IMG/VR virus record: IMGVR_UViG_2718218017_000006
Span: 18,956 to 82,955 of that record
Direction: 5' to 3' (one strand)
Length of the DNA: 64,000 nt
From: a virus
The number at the start of each line of letters is the position of its first letter. Position 1 is the first letter of the stretch. The notes below the pieces were generated by a model. It worked only from the letters and a program-made list of their open reading frames with translations, was not told the origin of the DNA and made no database searches. The translations under genes were made by a program, and so were the position numbers. This document shows positions 22,094 through 31,886 of the stretch, piece by piece.

Positions 22094-22811
22094 GTTTCCA
22101 TAAATCTTTTATAATGCCTATGCAGTAGCAAAAAGAGTTTATTTTATCATTCTCAGTATCTGGCTTGAATCTATCAAAGGCTTGATCTATACCTCTTAGA
22201 ACTGTATTGAGGGACAGCACCTCATTACAAATCTTCTGGGCGGCTTCTAGTTCACGAGGTTTTAAATTCAGATCCAGCTTTCCTGATTTTTGGCAAAAAT
22301 ATTTTAATGCTATTTCCCATGGCTCTTTTTCAGTAGTAGTAATATTATTATCTTTATTATCATTATTGTTTGTCTCTGTTTGTAATCCATTATCATTCTG
22401 TTTGTAATCTGTTTGTAATCCATTATCGTTCTGGTTATCGGCGGAACTCGTTGATATATCTTCATTTAAACCGTTCTGATTTTGGTACTCTTCATAATTC
22501 ACTACTGTAATCATAGTTTTTCTTTTATCAGTTGATAATTTTATCATTTCTTCGGTAGCAAGGAGCTTTAAAAACCTTCTAGTTTTTTCTGTACCCCACC
22601 CCCATCTTTCCATTAATTTTTTTTGTGACGTTATAAAACTTCCTCTTTTTACATTTATTAATTCACTACCAAGTAAAGTTTTCTTATCCTTATGGTTGGC
22701 TGACAGGAGAAGGTCAATCCAAGCCTGGCCTTTAGAAAAAGGCTTCTCTTGCCATAACCAACTGTATTGAATTTTTCTGTGTACACTTATCCATCCTTTG
22801 CCTTCTCCCAT
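21993..22811 (-). CDS. Phage replication initiator
   Basis: GWISVHRKI, AWIDLLLSANH, KRGSFITS; internal iterons. Confidence 0.85.
   Translation of the reverse strand: MGEGKGWISVHRKIQYSWLWQEKPFSKGQAWIDLLLSANHKDKKTLLGSELINVKRGSFITSQKKLMERWGWGTEKTRRFLKLLATEEMIKLSTDKRKTMITVVNYEEYQNQNGLNEDISTSSADNQNDNGLQTDYKQNDNGLQTETNNNDNKDNNITTTEKEPWEIALKYFCQKSGKLDLNLKPRELEAAQKICNEVLSLNTVLRGIDQAFDRFKPDTENDKINSFCYCIGIIKDLWKRENIKNGGKSHDRDPKQENTEKGIDSSGIGFHF
22376..22433. repeat. Putative replication-origin iterons
   Basis: CTGTTTGTAATC at 22376, 22398 and 22409 inside the initiator gene. Confidence 0.75.
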
Positions 22812-22824
22812 AATCCAATACTCC

Positions 22825-23548
22825 TTAAAATAAATCTATCTTCAAACCTTTATCCGCAATATAGGTAGGCTTTCCTGTAAGCCTCTCTATCTCTTCTTGA
22901 AACTGTGCAGCATTACTATTGCTATCACTAAGATGTAAAAGCACAATATCTTTAACCTGACTTAAATCAGTGACCTTTAAAAATTCTTTTACATTATTCA
23001 GGCTGAAATGAGATTTCAAAAGCCTGTTTCTAAGTACGGGATGTATTAATCCTTTTCAAAGTTTTCATTTACAATATCCATACTGTAGTTGCACTCAATC
23101 ATAATGTGATTAAGTCCTGTAAAGTTATACTGGCAGTAGTAACTATCTGTAACAAAGAGCAGCTTACCCATATCACTATGTTGTATAAGGAAACCTAAAG
23201 GCTCTACTGCATCATGTTCAGCTTCAAAAGGGAGTACAGTAAAATTTCCTATAGAAACCTGATTTTCAGATTTAATTACTTGTGCTCTATAATCCCCAGC
23301 ATCTACTGCCTTAATGTTCCACTGCTGCTGTAAACATCTATTCCGTTACTGATAAGCTCCTTTATGGCCTTGGAATGATCTTTATGTTCATGTGTGACCA
23401 AGCATCCTGCCACATCAATTAAGTTGAAATTCAGTCCCTTTATGATAGTTTTATAGGGCAGTCCACACTCAAGTATCAAAGTTTCATCTCTATTCTGGAG
23501 TAGATAGCAGTTACCTGCCGATCCACTCCCTAAAACTGTAAATTTCAT
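22825..23548 (-). CDS. MBL-fold metallo-hydrolase, frameshifted
   Basis: GSGSAGNCY, THEHKDH, LLHLSDSNS in separate frames. Confidence 0.85.
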
Positions 23549-24487
23549 TAGAATCCTGGTCCTTCTATTTCAGTCTGTTCTGTTGAACTTGGAGTTTGCT
23601 TTTCTTCCACCTTCTCAGGCTCCACATCAATTATCTTCTGATTTTCTGTTTTTTCCTCAGAAGCCTTTATATCTATAGACTTCTTATTTGCCTTATCCTT
23701 TATCTCTTCCTTAACCTCATATTCAACATTACCTACCATGCTCTCCTCATCATAGGTCTTGTCCGTATTGTTAAAAGCTTCAATCAAAAGGTCACTGTCG
23801 TCAGAAGTATTTGCATACATCTTGCAAGCCCTGTTTATCACCGATTTCTTTGCCATTTCATCTGCAAAATTATTATGGGCTGTAGATTTTCCACTTTTAT
23901 AGGCAATACCCTGTCCCCATGCTTTTTTAATCTGGTCGATATTCATTACCTCTGCATGAATGGGACCATTCTCTCCTATTACTACTGCAAAGGCACCCTT
24001 TATTTTATTTGTATCTATATTTTCAAACTTGGGATTGAATTTACTAATTTTCAAAGTTGCTGTATCCAGGTCATAGGTCTGCTCAAATTCATCACCTCGT
24101 AAATGCAATAAGCTTTAATATCTTAACACCTCTTAATCTCTTTGTTACTGCTACAGTTCCCATGTAACTACGCATTAATTGCAACTGGTTTCCGTAAACT
24201 ACAAAATAGCATTGTTTTTTAGCTGGTGTCAGTCCCTGCAGGCACATATCATAAAGAGAACCTATAATTGAATTTTTGGTACATACCTCAAGCGCAGGTT
24301 TATGATCCTTACTTTGTACTTCTTGAAGTTGCAGCCATGCACTGTTTAAGGCATTGGCAACTGAATAATTAGGAGGAAATGCTATATCATTATTTTTTCT
24401 AAGCTCCCCTATTTTTTCCGTTATCTGATTTAAGGCATCTTCTTTGGCTAATGTTATTGCAGTACTTTTATTTTCCATTTTTATCAC
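23548..24487 (-). CDS. recT: RecT-family recombinase, split by two single-base deletions
   Basis: LQGLTPAKKQCYF, LMRSYMG, MAKKSVINRACK. Confidence 0.85.
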
Positions 24488-24504
24488 CTTCCCTTATTCT
24501 CAAT

Positions 24505-26493
24505 TTAACTTGCAAGCTGCTTTTCTTCTGCAAGTTCACCATTTTCAATTCTTAAAGATTTATCTTTACTGCTTACAACTAGATTCACTACTTGACTCTC
24601 TACATCTATAAGTTTTGTGGTGCTTTCCCTGTTATCTATAAATATTGGTGCATTAATTCCGCAGTGCTGAGACAAGGTGTTTATAATATCTATACCGGCA
24701 TTAATCCTTGCGCCTGAATTTAAGTTCGTAGAAAATGGAACTCCATCTACAAGGGGTTCACAGCCCTCTTCAATCCCTCCATTAACCAGTGTTTTAAAGA
24801 ACCTAAACTTAACATATTTGAATTTGGAATTGATACTTGTTTCCATAAGTTCAACCTTGGTTTTTATGAATTCATCACACAAAAACTCTTGTTTCTCTAA
24901 ATTAGCAATCTGCTGACTTAGCTCTTTTTCCTTGTTTAAAAGTTCCTCAATCCTGGCATTTGTTCTATCATTCATTTCCCTGTATCCCAGCTTGTAGTTG
25001 ACCTCCTCAAGTTCTTTTTCTATACTTTCTTTTCTCTCTTTGAGTTCTCTTATCTGGGCATCTGATTCTACTGGTTTTGACAGTTCCGTTTCAAATTCTT
25101 CCACCTGCCTCAATATATCCTGGTATTCCTTATTACTATCAAGGTCTATATTAATTTTGAAATTGTCCATTTCAGATTGAAGTTTATCTTTTTCATTATT
25201 GAGCTTTTCCAGAGAATCCCTAGCATTTTTCAGGGCAGTTTCATTATTCAATACTCTCTCTTTATACTTTTCAAGTTCATTAGATTTTTCTAAACCTTGA
25301 GCTTTTATACTTTTCAAGATTTTGGACTTATTCTGTTTAAAGTTCCCCTCCATCTCTTGCCTGTGGCTTTCAATATCCTCCTCGTCAAAAGGACGGTGGC
25401 AGGTAGGACATATACGTGCATCTTCTGGAAGTTCAAAAACTTTTGCATCTTCCTCATACCACTTGTCCCTTAAATTCTTAACTTCTACTTCTAAGTTGCT
25501 GGCTATTTTAAGGTTGTTGTTTTTCTCCATTTCAAGGGATTTAATATCAAACTTGAGTTCAGCTATTTCCCCATTCAAGCTGCTTATATCCTGGGCTATT
25601 TTATCTCTTCCACTTTCGGCCTTTTCAACTTCCTCATGTTCAATATCTTTTAATTTGGATTTAAGTCCATAAAGTTTATCTTTCTTCATAAATAGTTCAT
25701 CATCAAGTTTTGTCTTATCAAGGAGCTGCTCCTCCACACTTTTCATTCCTGCAACTATTCCACGTTTTCTAAACTCCAAGGCTTTAAAGTCAATATCTTC
25801 TTTTCTTATACTTTTTCTAAGTTCGTCAACTCTAGGAGGTATTGACTCCTTGTCCTTGATCAATTTCTTTCTTGATGCATTTATGCTTTTTTTAAGTTCA
25901 TCTATATCCTTGTTTACAAGAAGTTCTTCCAGAGGTTTCAATTTTCCCTTTGAATCAATAACATTCTGATCTGTAATTTCACCTATCATTCCCATGAGTA
26001 TATTTTTTCTTTCCTGCCATGTCATTTTAGTTGAGAAATGCATTGGATTTGTCAGGAGCTTAAATATATCCTCCTGGATGATTTCATTTATTTTCTTCTT
26101 ATACTCTTTCTCTTTCTTGGGTACATCATCAATATAGTAAGAAGCAGTGGCACCCTGAAACTCTGATTCAGTTTTTCCCTTTGGTTTAACCCACTTTTCT
26201 TTCAAGAGTTTCCTTAACAACATGTTCACACCATTTATCTCAAGTACTGCTTCCACTTCCGTATCAACCCTATGAACTACTTTATTGTCCCCATCAAGTG
26301 GTTGTACATCAAATTTGCTTATGTCCTGGCTGTCTTTGTTAAACAAAAGCCATGTAAAGGCATCAAATATCGTAGTCTTTCCTGTGGCATTGTCACCGTA
26401 GATGTTGGTTATGTTTGAAAAATCTATTGTTAAGTCCTTGATACCTTTGAAATTCTTAAGAGTCAGTTTTTCTAAAACTATTGTTTTACTCAT
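24505..26493 (-). CDS. SMC-like AAA ATPase
   Basis: LKNFKGI, GDNATGKT, long coiled coil, LNSGARI, PIFIDNRE. Confidence 0.9.
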   Translation of the reverse strand: MSKTIVLEKLTLKNFKGIKDLTIDFSNITNIYGDNATGKTTIFDAFTWLLFNKDSQDISKFDVQPLDGDNKVVHRVDTEVEAVLEINGVNMLLRKLLKEKWVKPKGKTESEFQGATASYYIDDVPKKEKEYKKKINEIIQEDIFKLLTNPMHFSTKMTWQERKNILMGMIGEITDQNVIDSKGKLKPLEELLVNKDIDELKKSINASRKKLIKDKESIPPRVDELRKSIRKEDIDFKALEFRKRGIVAGMKSVEEQLLDKTKLDDELFMKKDKLYGLKSKLKDIEHEEVEKAESGRDKIAQDISSLNGEIAELKFDIKSLEMEKNNNLKIASNLEVEVKNLRDKWYEEDAKVFELPEDARICPTCHRPFDEEDIESHRQEMEGNFKQNKSKILKSIKAQGLEKSNELEKYKERVLNNETALKNARDSLEKLNNEKDKLQSEMDNFKINIDLDSNKEYQDILRQVEEFETELSKPVESDAQIRELKERKESIEKELEEVNYKLGYREMNDRTNARIEELLNKEKELSQQIANLEKQEFLCDEFIKTKVELMETSINSKFKYVKFRFFKTLVNGGIEEGCEPLVDGVPFSTNLNSGARINAGIDIINTLSQHCGINAPIFIDNRESTTKLIDVESQVVNLVVSSKDKSLRIENGELAEEKQLAS

Positions 26494-26503
26494 GTTCTAC
26501 CTC

Positions 26504-26806
26504 CTAATCACAATAAGTCCTATTACAATGTGGACAACCTGTTATAAGTTCTTTACCGGCCTTTTCAGTGGATATCCCTGTTTTAAAATCAGCCTTTTCT
26601 AAATCAACTCTTATTCCATCACCAAATTCATCACGCTTCCAGCCAATTTGTTCGTAGATATTTTGATTACAACACCAGCATTTTCCTGAACTTGGTGCAA
26701 AATGTGGATAGTCTTTATCTTCACATAATTTTGCTTGAGCCTCTATAGATTCATTAATATCAAATTTTGCCATTTTAATTCCTCCCATATTTGATTTTTC
26801 CCCCAT
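26504..26806 (-). CDS. Cys-rich (zinc-finger) phage protein
   Basis: CWCC...CPHC. Confidence 0.6.
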   Translation of the reverse strand: MGEKSNMGGIKMAKFDINESIEAQAKLCEDKDYPHFAPSSGKCWCCNQNIYEQIGWKRDEFGDGIRVDLEKADFKTGISTEKAGKELITGCPHCNRTYCD

Positions 26807-26867
26807 TCTGCGGTAGAATGGGGATAACGAAGTTTTAATTTTGTGCCCTTTGGCGAGGGCTTTTTTT
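26791..26867 (+). ncRNA. Candidate short antisense transcript: sigma-A promoter plus intrinsic terminator
   Basis: TTGATT(26791)-17-TAGAAT(26814); GCCCT-N6-AGGGC-T7 at 26845..26867. Confidence 0.5.
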
Positions 26868-27814
26868 ATTTCTCTGGCATTTCAAAAATATAATACTCAT
26901 AATTGTATTGTTCTTCTGGTTGATTAATAAACATTCTATTATGTTCTATCAATTCAACATGTTTTTGTATTGCATCCAATACCTTAACTGCTTTTTCTTC
27001 GCTCTCATACTTTCCAATACAAATACCCGATTTTGGGATTTGGCCTGGCAATTCACTAACGAAAATTCTAGTATCACAAATATCCAGCATCCCAACATTT
27101 ACAAGTCTTTTCCTGTTCTGGCTTCTAATCCACATATTCTATCCCTCCATAAATATTTTTACTTCCTCATCCGTCAGTGCATCAATATCTTTAAAAGTCT
27201 CTCCAGATAACGGATCGTAAAGTTCCCCGTTGTTATCCAGTTCGCACTCTCTAAGTTTCTTTACTGTAAGTGCATCCATGTTACTCACCTTCTTTCCTTA
27301 TAATCTGGACAGTCGATTGGGCTTCCTAATGCTGCTGATATATCCCCTTCCCAAAATTCACTTTCTATGTCACAGTAGCATAAGTCTGCTGGGTAATTTT
27401 TATAATAGTCATATTCCAGGTTGTCCTTTAAATGGTTACAGGTGTTACAATTCACTTTCTTTCCACCTCCTAACCCTTCTTAATCTCCAACTGCTTGTAC
27501 ACATCCTCCTGACACTTAACCTTTTCCACGCAAATTTCCGCAAGTTGAATACCTTCTCTTAAAAGTTCCCTAAGCTTCTTGTTTTCCTTTTGCAACTTCA
27601 CAAACTTCTTATCTCGCATCTATTGGCCTCCCCTTCAAGCACTCATCAGCACTTTTAAACTTCTTTTCGCAATAGTAAACATCTGCTGTAAACTTGTCTT
27701 TTTACCGAACTTCATTCGGTTTTCCCTTATATCATCTGTAGTAATTTGCATTATTTCTCTAAACTCTGTGTCTGTTACTTTAACGCCAGCGTTCTGAAAC
27801 AATTGTTTTATCAT
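26866..27814 (-). CDS. Cluster of small early genes (26866..27135, 27635..27814 and three shorter ORFs between)
   Basis: ORF track and manual translation, e.g. MIKQLFQNAGVKVTDTEFREIMQ. Confidence 0.55.
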
Positions 27815-28338
27815 AACTGAACCTGCTTTCTTGCCCTACTTTTAGCAAATATTAAGTCTAGACTTTTTTGCCTCTTTTCCTTAGTCATTAACCCAATTTC
27901 ACTTGGAGTCATTATTGGCTTAGTTGAAGCATCTTCTAAGTTCCATTTATATTTTGTCACTCTGTCATAAAATGCATGGTCAGATATTCCATTTGCCCGA
28001 GCTGTTTCAAGATATTTTTTTGGAAGCTTTCTATTCTTTGAATAAGCTCTTGATACTGTTATCCTTTTATCTTCAATAGGCTCTGTTGCAGCTTTATACA
28101 TATCCCATCCTAATTTATTAACGCGTGTTCTTAAAGTGCTAATGCATACACCATTTCTTTTAGCAAGTTCTAAAATCTCTTTGGGATATTCTTTTCTAGT
28201 AAGTGGCGGTGTTGTCACAGCTTTTTCTTTATCCCACCCTCTGTACCTTATCCTTTTATCTAAAGTCTTTTTAGTTATGCCAATCTTAGCTGCCTCTTCA
28301 TATTCTTCAGGAGTTATATAAAAATCATAGACTTGCAT
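27811..28338 (-). CDS. Phage protein with three HTH-like repeats
   Basis: RIRYRGWDKEKA, RVNKLGWDMYKA, RVTKYKWNLEDA. Confidence 0.6.
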   Translation of the reverse strand: MQVYDFYITPEEYEEAAKIGITKKTLDKRIRYRGWDKEKAVTTPPLTRKEYPKEILELAKRNGVCISTLRTRVNKLGWDMYKAATEPIEDKRITVSRAYSKNRKLPKKYLETARANGISDHAFYDRVTKYKWNLEDASTKPIMTPSEIGLMTKEKRQKSLDLIFAKSRARKQVQL

Positions 28339-28365
28339 TCATTTTCCTCCTATCCTTCACCATAT

Positions 28366-28575
28366 CTAATACCACTCGCAATTCTTAGTAATATGCAACC
28401 ACATACCATCCTTTAAAGTTACTTTCAGATAATCCTTTACTCTTTGTATTTTCACTGGTGCGTGTTCCTTCGGATACTCCCATGCATCATAAAATCTTTT
28501 GCAGAACCTTTTGAAAAGCTCCTTGTCTGCATCATTTAATTTGCTAAATCCTTTTACCTCGGTAGCATCAAACAT
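28366..28575 (-). CDS. Hypothetical phage protein
   Basis: ORF track. Confidence 0.55.
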   Translation of the reverse strand: MFDATEVKGFSKLNDADKELFKRFCKRFYDAWEYPKEHAPVKIQRVKDYLKVTLKDGMWLHITKNCEWY

Positions 28576-28806
28576 TTACTTTCCTCCTTCTTTTCTAACT
28601 GCTCGTCTGTTCCACAACTCCCATAAATATCCCTTTTCCTGTACCCAACCGGGGTCAATATTTGCTATACAGTTCAAACATACAACTTTCCAACGCAACC
28701 CAAATTCAGTTTTATACGAAATAAATACAATCTCTTTACTGCCACAAAACGGGCAAGGCTGAAGAGTGTGTTCTGGTGGTTTATATACTTCAACAATATC
28801 TTCCAT
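28576..28806 (-). CDS. lar: Lar-family restriction alleviation protein
   Basis: LQPCPFCGS...VVCLNC...WNRR. Confidence 0.75.
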   Translation of the reverse strand: MEDIVEVYKPPEHTLQPCPFCGSKEIVFISYKTEFGLRWKVVCLNCIANIDPGWVQEKGYLWELWNRRAVRKEGGK

Positions 28807-29198
28807 TTATGTTTCGCCTCCTCCTTCTCCTGCATGGTCGTTCCATACTCTCCAATTCTTTCGAATATTCATCTAAGGGTAGACTCCCTAAATTATCAGT
28901 ATAGTAATCAATGTTTTCATGCGGGTAACATAGTTCTTGAATAATGCTTTGAGCCAATTCTCTGCGTGTTACCTGTGTTCCTGCAAATACACCTATTTTA
29001 ATTTTTCTTGGGTTGGTCATGCTCAATCTCACTCCATCCCCAGTCTAAATAGTCGCAAACCATGTCAAATACAGCTTTTGTAATTTCTTCCTCAGTTGCA
29101 TTTTCACTTAATCCTAACTCCTTTAATGTGTATTCTTCATCATCTAGACTTGCTACAGAAGAACTTACACCTATCTTGATTTTTCTTGAGTTGGTCAT
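28790..29198 (-). CDS. Two adjacent small genes sharing an N-terminal MTNxRKIKIGV sequence
   Basis: 28998..29198 and 28790..29020 (second ATG). Confidence 0.6.
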
Positions 29199-29365
29199 TT
29201 TGTTACCTGCCTTTCTTTGCTTCCCTGCCTCCTATCAAATTCAGATATCAAGTATCCAAGCTCCTCATGCGTTAATTCCTCGGATACAGCATCTGCAAGA
29301 AGTATAGAAAACTTTTTAACAAGTTCTGTCCTGTCCTTCGGTAGTGATACAACTGCTGAATACAT
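29195..29365 (-). CDS. 56-aa protein, paralog of 37738..37899 (absent from ORF track)
   Basis: Manual translation MYSAVVSLPKDRTELVKKFSILLADAVSEELTHEELGYLISEFDRRQGSKERQVTK; AGGAGG RBS. Confidence 0.75.
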   Translation of the reverse strand: MYSAVVSLPKDRTELVKKFSILLADAVSEELTHEELGYLISEFDRRQGSKERQVTK

Positions 29366-29376
29366 ATAAGTACCTC

Positions 29377-29892
29377 CTATCTTTTGATGTATTTTCTACT
29401 AATGAGCTTTTCTTTCTGAACTTTAAACATTTCCTGAATGTTTAAATTAAATTCCTTACACATGACTGCTATATAGATTGCACTTGCGTTATATACATCT
29501 ATGGTTTCTTGAATACTTTCAACTATGTTTTGAACATCTTCCATAATGCATGTTTTGGGATTCTTAGAAGTTTTAACTAAAGATATGGCCTGTACTGCTT
29601 CGTCAAGTTCTTCCATTGCTTTTTCTCTTACTGCTGCCCTATGTAAGTCAGCAGCTTCTCCATCTAGCCAATTAATATTAAATACATCTCCCGTTACTTC
29701 ACTAACAGCTTGAAAATATATAAAGGGATTGTCCAACTCCTTACATATAATTCTTAAATTATCTTTTGTAAGATTTCTTCTGCCTGTTTCTATTGCTGAA
29801 ATTGTCTTGTCTGATAAAAAACTTAATTGTCCTAATTCCTGCTGTGTCATTCCTTTCTCTTCCCTGGCTTCCTTTATCGCAGTTCCTATCAT
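29377..29892 (-). CDS. XRE-HTH regulator with C-terminal extension
   Basis: IKEAREEKGMTQQELG...ISAIETGRR. Confidence 0.85.
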   Translation of the reverse strand: MIGTAIKEAREEKGMTQQELGQLSFLSDKTISAIETGRRNLTKDNLRIICKELDNPFIYFQAVSEVTGDVFNINWLDGEAADLHRAAVREKAMEELDEAVQAISLVKTSKNPKTCIMEDVQNIVESIQETIDVYNASAIYIAVMCKEFNLNIQEMFKVQKEKLISRKYIKR

Positions 29893-30005
29893 TCTTTATG
29901 TCACCTCCCTTCGCTGTGGAATCTTTGATAGATATTTTTTAAAATGTAGATTTTGGTATATTTATATCTACCTTGAAATTTGGTATATTTAATTAAATGA
30001 GTTGG

Positions 30006-30248
30006 CTATACTACTTCTTTTTGAGTTGGTTCTGTTTCATCCAACCCCAGCAACTTACTTACTGATACTTCTAAGGCTTGGGATATTTTTAGCAATATAT
30101 TTGTGGATGGATTCTCCCTATCCCCAGTTTCCAATAATGCTATATATGCAGGGGTTACTTCTGCTTTTTCTGCCAGCTCTCTTTGCGATAAATTTTTTTG
30201 TGCTCTATATTTTTTAATATTATTTTTTAGGTTCATTTTTAAATGCAC
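30006..30248 (-). CDS. XRE/Cro-like regulator
   Basis: IKKYRAQKNLSQRELAEKA...LETGDRENPS. Confidence 0.85.
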   Translation of the reverse strand: MHLKMNLKNNIKKYRAQKNLSQRELAEKAEVTPAYIALLETGDRENPSTNILLKISQALEVSVSKLLGLDETEPTQKEVV

Positions 30249-30251
30249 CTC

Positions 30252-30391
30252 CTAACTTTAATTACATTATACTTACTTTAAGTTAGCATGTCAATATAAA
30301 TATTTACTAAAAGTTAGCATTTATATTAATTACATTGTTTAAAAGGATAAAAATTAATAAAATAAACTTAAGTGTGCTAACTATTAGAAAG
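30252..30391. promoter_or_regulatory. Divergent promoter region with four operator-like sites
   Basis: Minus-strand TTGACA(30294)-17-TATAAT(30271); degenerate CTAACT-N3-AGTTAG sites at 30252, 30272, 30303, 30377. Confidence 0.7.
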
Positions 30392-30401
30392 CAGGTATAT
30401 T

Positions 30402-30707
30402 ATGAATGATGTAACTTTTGTCGCTAAAAGAATAACTGAATTAAGATTAAGTAAAAATATCTCTAGTAGAAAATTAAGCCTTGATTTAGGTTTATCAAAC
30501 TCATATATAACTCAAATTGAAAATGGAAATAAATTACCATCTTTAGATAATCTATTTAAAATATGCAACTATTTTGGAATAAGTATTAGTGATTTCTTCA
30601 ATTCATCTTCTATTACTCCTGAAATAAGAAATCTACTTGATACTATTCGTGACCTTACTCCAGAGCAATTAGAATTATTATCTAAGTTCATACAATCCCT
30701 AAAATAA
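30402..30707 (+). CDS. XRE repressor-like protein
   Basis: ITELRLSKNISSRKLS...IENGNKLPSLDNLFKIC. Confidence 0.85.
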   Translation: MNDVTFVAKRITELRLSKNISSRKLSLDLGLSNSYITQIENGNKLPSLDNLFKICNYFGISISDFFNSSSITPEIRNLLDTIRDLTPEQLELLSKFIQSLK

Positions 30708-30729
30708 ATTCTGAAAGGATATGATATAA

Positions 30730-31008
30730 ATGTCTTCTACCGAAAAACTATTGCAACAAATACTTGACTCTCAGAATAAGACCAATGAACGTCTTGATAA
30801 ACTTGAAGCTCAAACATCTGAAAACACTCAAATACTCAAAGCTCTTGAGCATAATTCACAAGAACATAAAGCTTTACTTGATCAACTCAACCACAGGGTT
30901 GCATCAGTTGAGGGTAAAGTTGATGCCATATCAAAAGATTTAACTATGGTAGAAGCTGTTGCTGGCAAGAACATGACCGACATAGCTTTTCTTAAGGGTA
31001 TTAGGTAG
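30730..31008 (+). CDS. Coiled-coil hypothetical protein
   Basis: Heptad pattern. Confidence 0.6.
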   Translation: MSSTEKLLQQILDSQNKTNERLDKLEAQTSENTQILKALEHNSQEHKALLDQLNHRVASVEGKVDAISKDLTMVEAVAGKNMTDIAFLKGIR

Positions 31009-31025
31009 ATGGATCTCCGCATCCA

Positions 31026-31301
31026 TCACACGACCTCCTTTTGAGTTTCCTTTGTTATCTGTTTGGCAACTTTATCATCAAAAAAAATATTATTAAAGAA
31101 GATAAAAGCAGGATCTTTTTTAAAAATTTTGCTAATCTTATACATCTCACTCTCCGAAAAATCGGCATACCCATTTTCTTTCCTGTTATACGTAGACTCT
31201 GATATGCCAATTTTCCTAGCTATATCAGACTGCTTTAAATTATTTTCCACTCTTAACCCTTTTAATTTAAAGTTAGCCTTTCTCTTTTCCAATACTTTCA
31301 C
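31026..31301 (-). CDS. Cro-like regulator
   Basis: LKGLRVENNLKQSDIARKIGISESTYNRKENG. Confidence 0.85.
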   Translation of the reverse strand: MKVLEKRKANFKLKGLRVENNLKQSDIARKIGISESTYNRKENGYADFSESEMYKISKIFKKDPAFIFFNNIFFDDKVAKQITKETQKEVV

Positions 31302-31313
31302 CTCATTTCTTTT

Positions 31314-31461
31314 TGTTATCCATATGGTAACTTTATTGTATTATACATTTGGCAACTTGTCAATAACTTTTAATAAGAAATATTTTATTTTTGGCAACTT
31401 AGATTTTATTTTTGGCAACTACATGCTATTATAATTTTAAAGAGGTGTTATTATGGCAACT
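31314..31461. promoter_or_regulatory. cro/cI divergent promoters with repeated GGCAAC operators
   Basis: Minus TTGACA(31363)-17-TACAAT(31340); TTTGGCAACT at 31348, 31390, 31411 and 31062; TGGCAACT over the cI start codon. Confidence 0.75.
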
Positions 31462-31878
31462 TTTAATCAAAGAATGAAAGAACTTAGAGCAGAAAAAAAT
31501 ATAACATTAGAAGAATTAGCAAAAGTTTTAAATACAACTAAATCTACTTTATCGAGGTATGAAAATAATTTGAGAACTCCAAATGCAGATTTTATAAACC
31601 AATTGGCCAAATATTTTAACGTATCCTTAGATTATCTTCTGGGTAATACCGATAAAAAAGAACCAGAAATCAATATTCCAAAGGAATATACAGATAAATA
31701 CAAAATTACTTCTCGTGATAAAAAGCAATATTTAGAACATATGAAAAAAGCAAATGAAGCTTTCTTTATGAATGATGAATTTGACGAAGAGGATAAAAAA
31801 GAAATATTAGATACAATGGCAGAAATATTTTGGAAGGCTAAAGCAATGAATAAAAGAAAACCTAAAGAAGGTAAGTAG
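31453..31878 (+). CDS. CI-like (ImmR-type) repressor
   Basis: N-terminal XRE HTH, divergent from cro, followed by ImmA-type protease. Confidence 0.85.
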   Translation: MATFNQRMKELRAEKNITLEELAKVLNTTKSTLSRYENNLRTPNADFINQLAKYFNVSLDYLLGNTDKKEPEINIPKEYTDKYKITSRDKKQYLEHMKKANEAFFMNDEFDEEDKKEILDTMAEIFWKAKAMNKRKPKEGK

Positions 31879-31886
31879 GTGGTCTG

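Noticed and set aside
27620-27660. Hammerhead ribozyme (CUGAUGA on minus strand)
   Set aside because: Lies in a coding region and lacks stem II and the GAAA core
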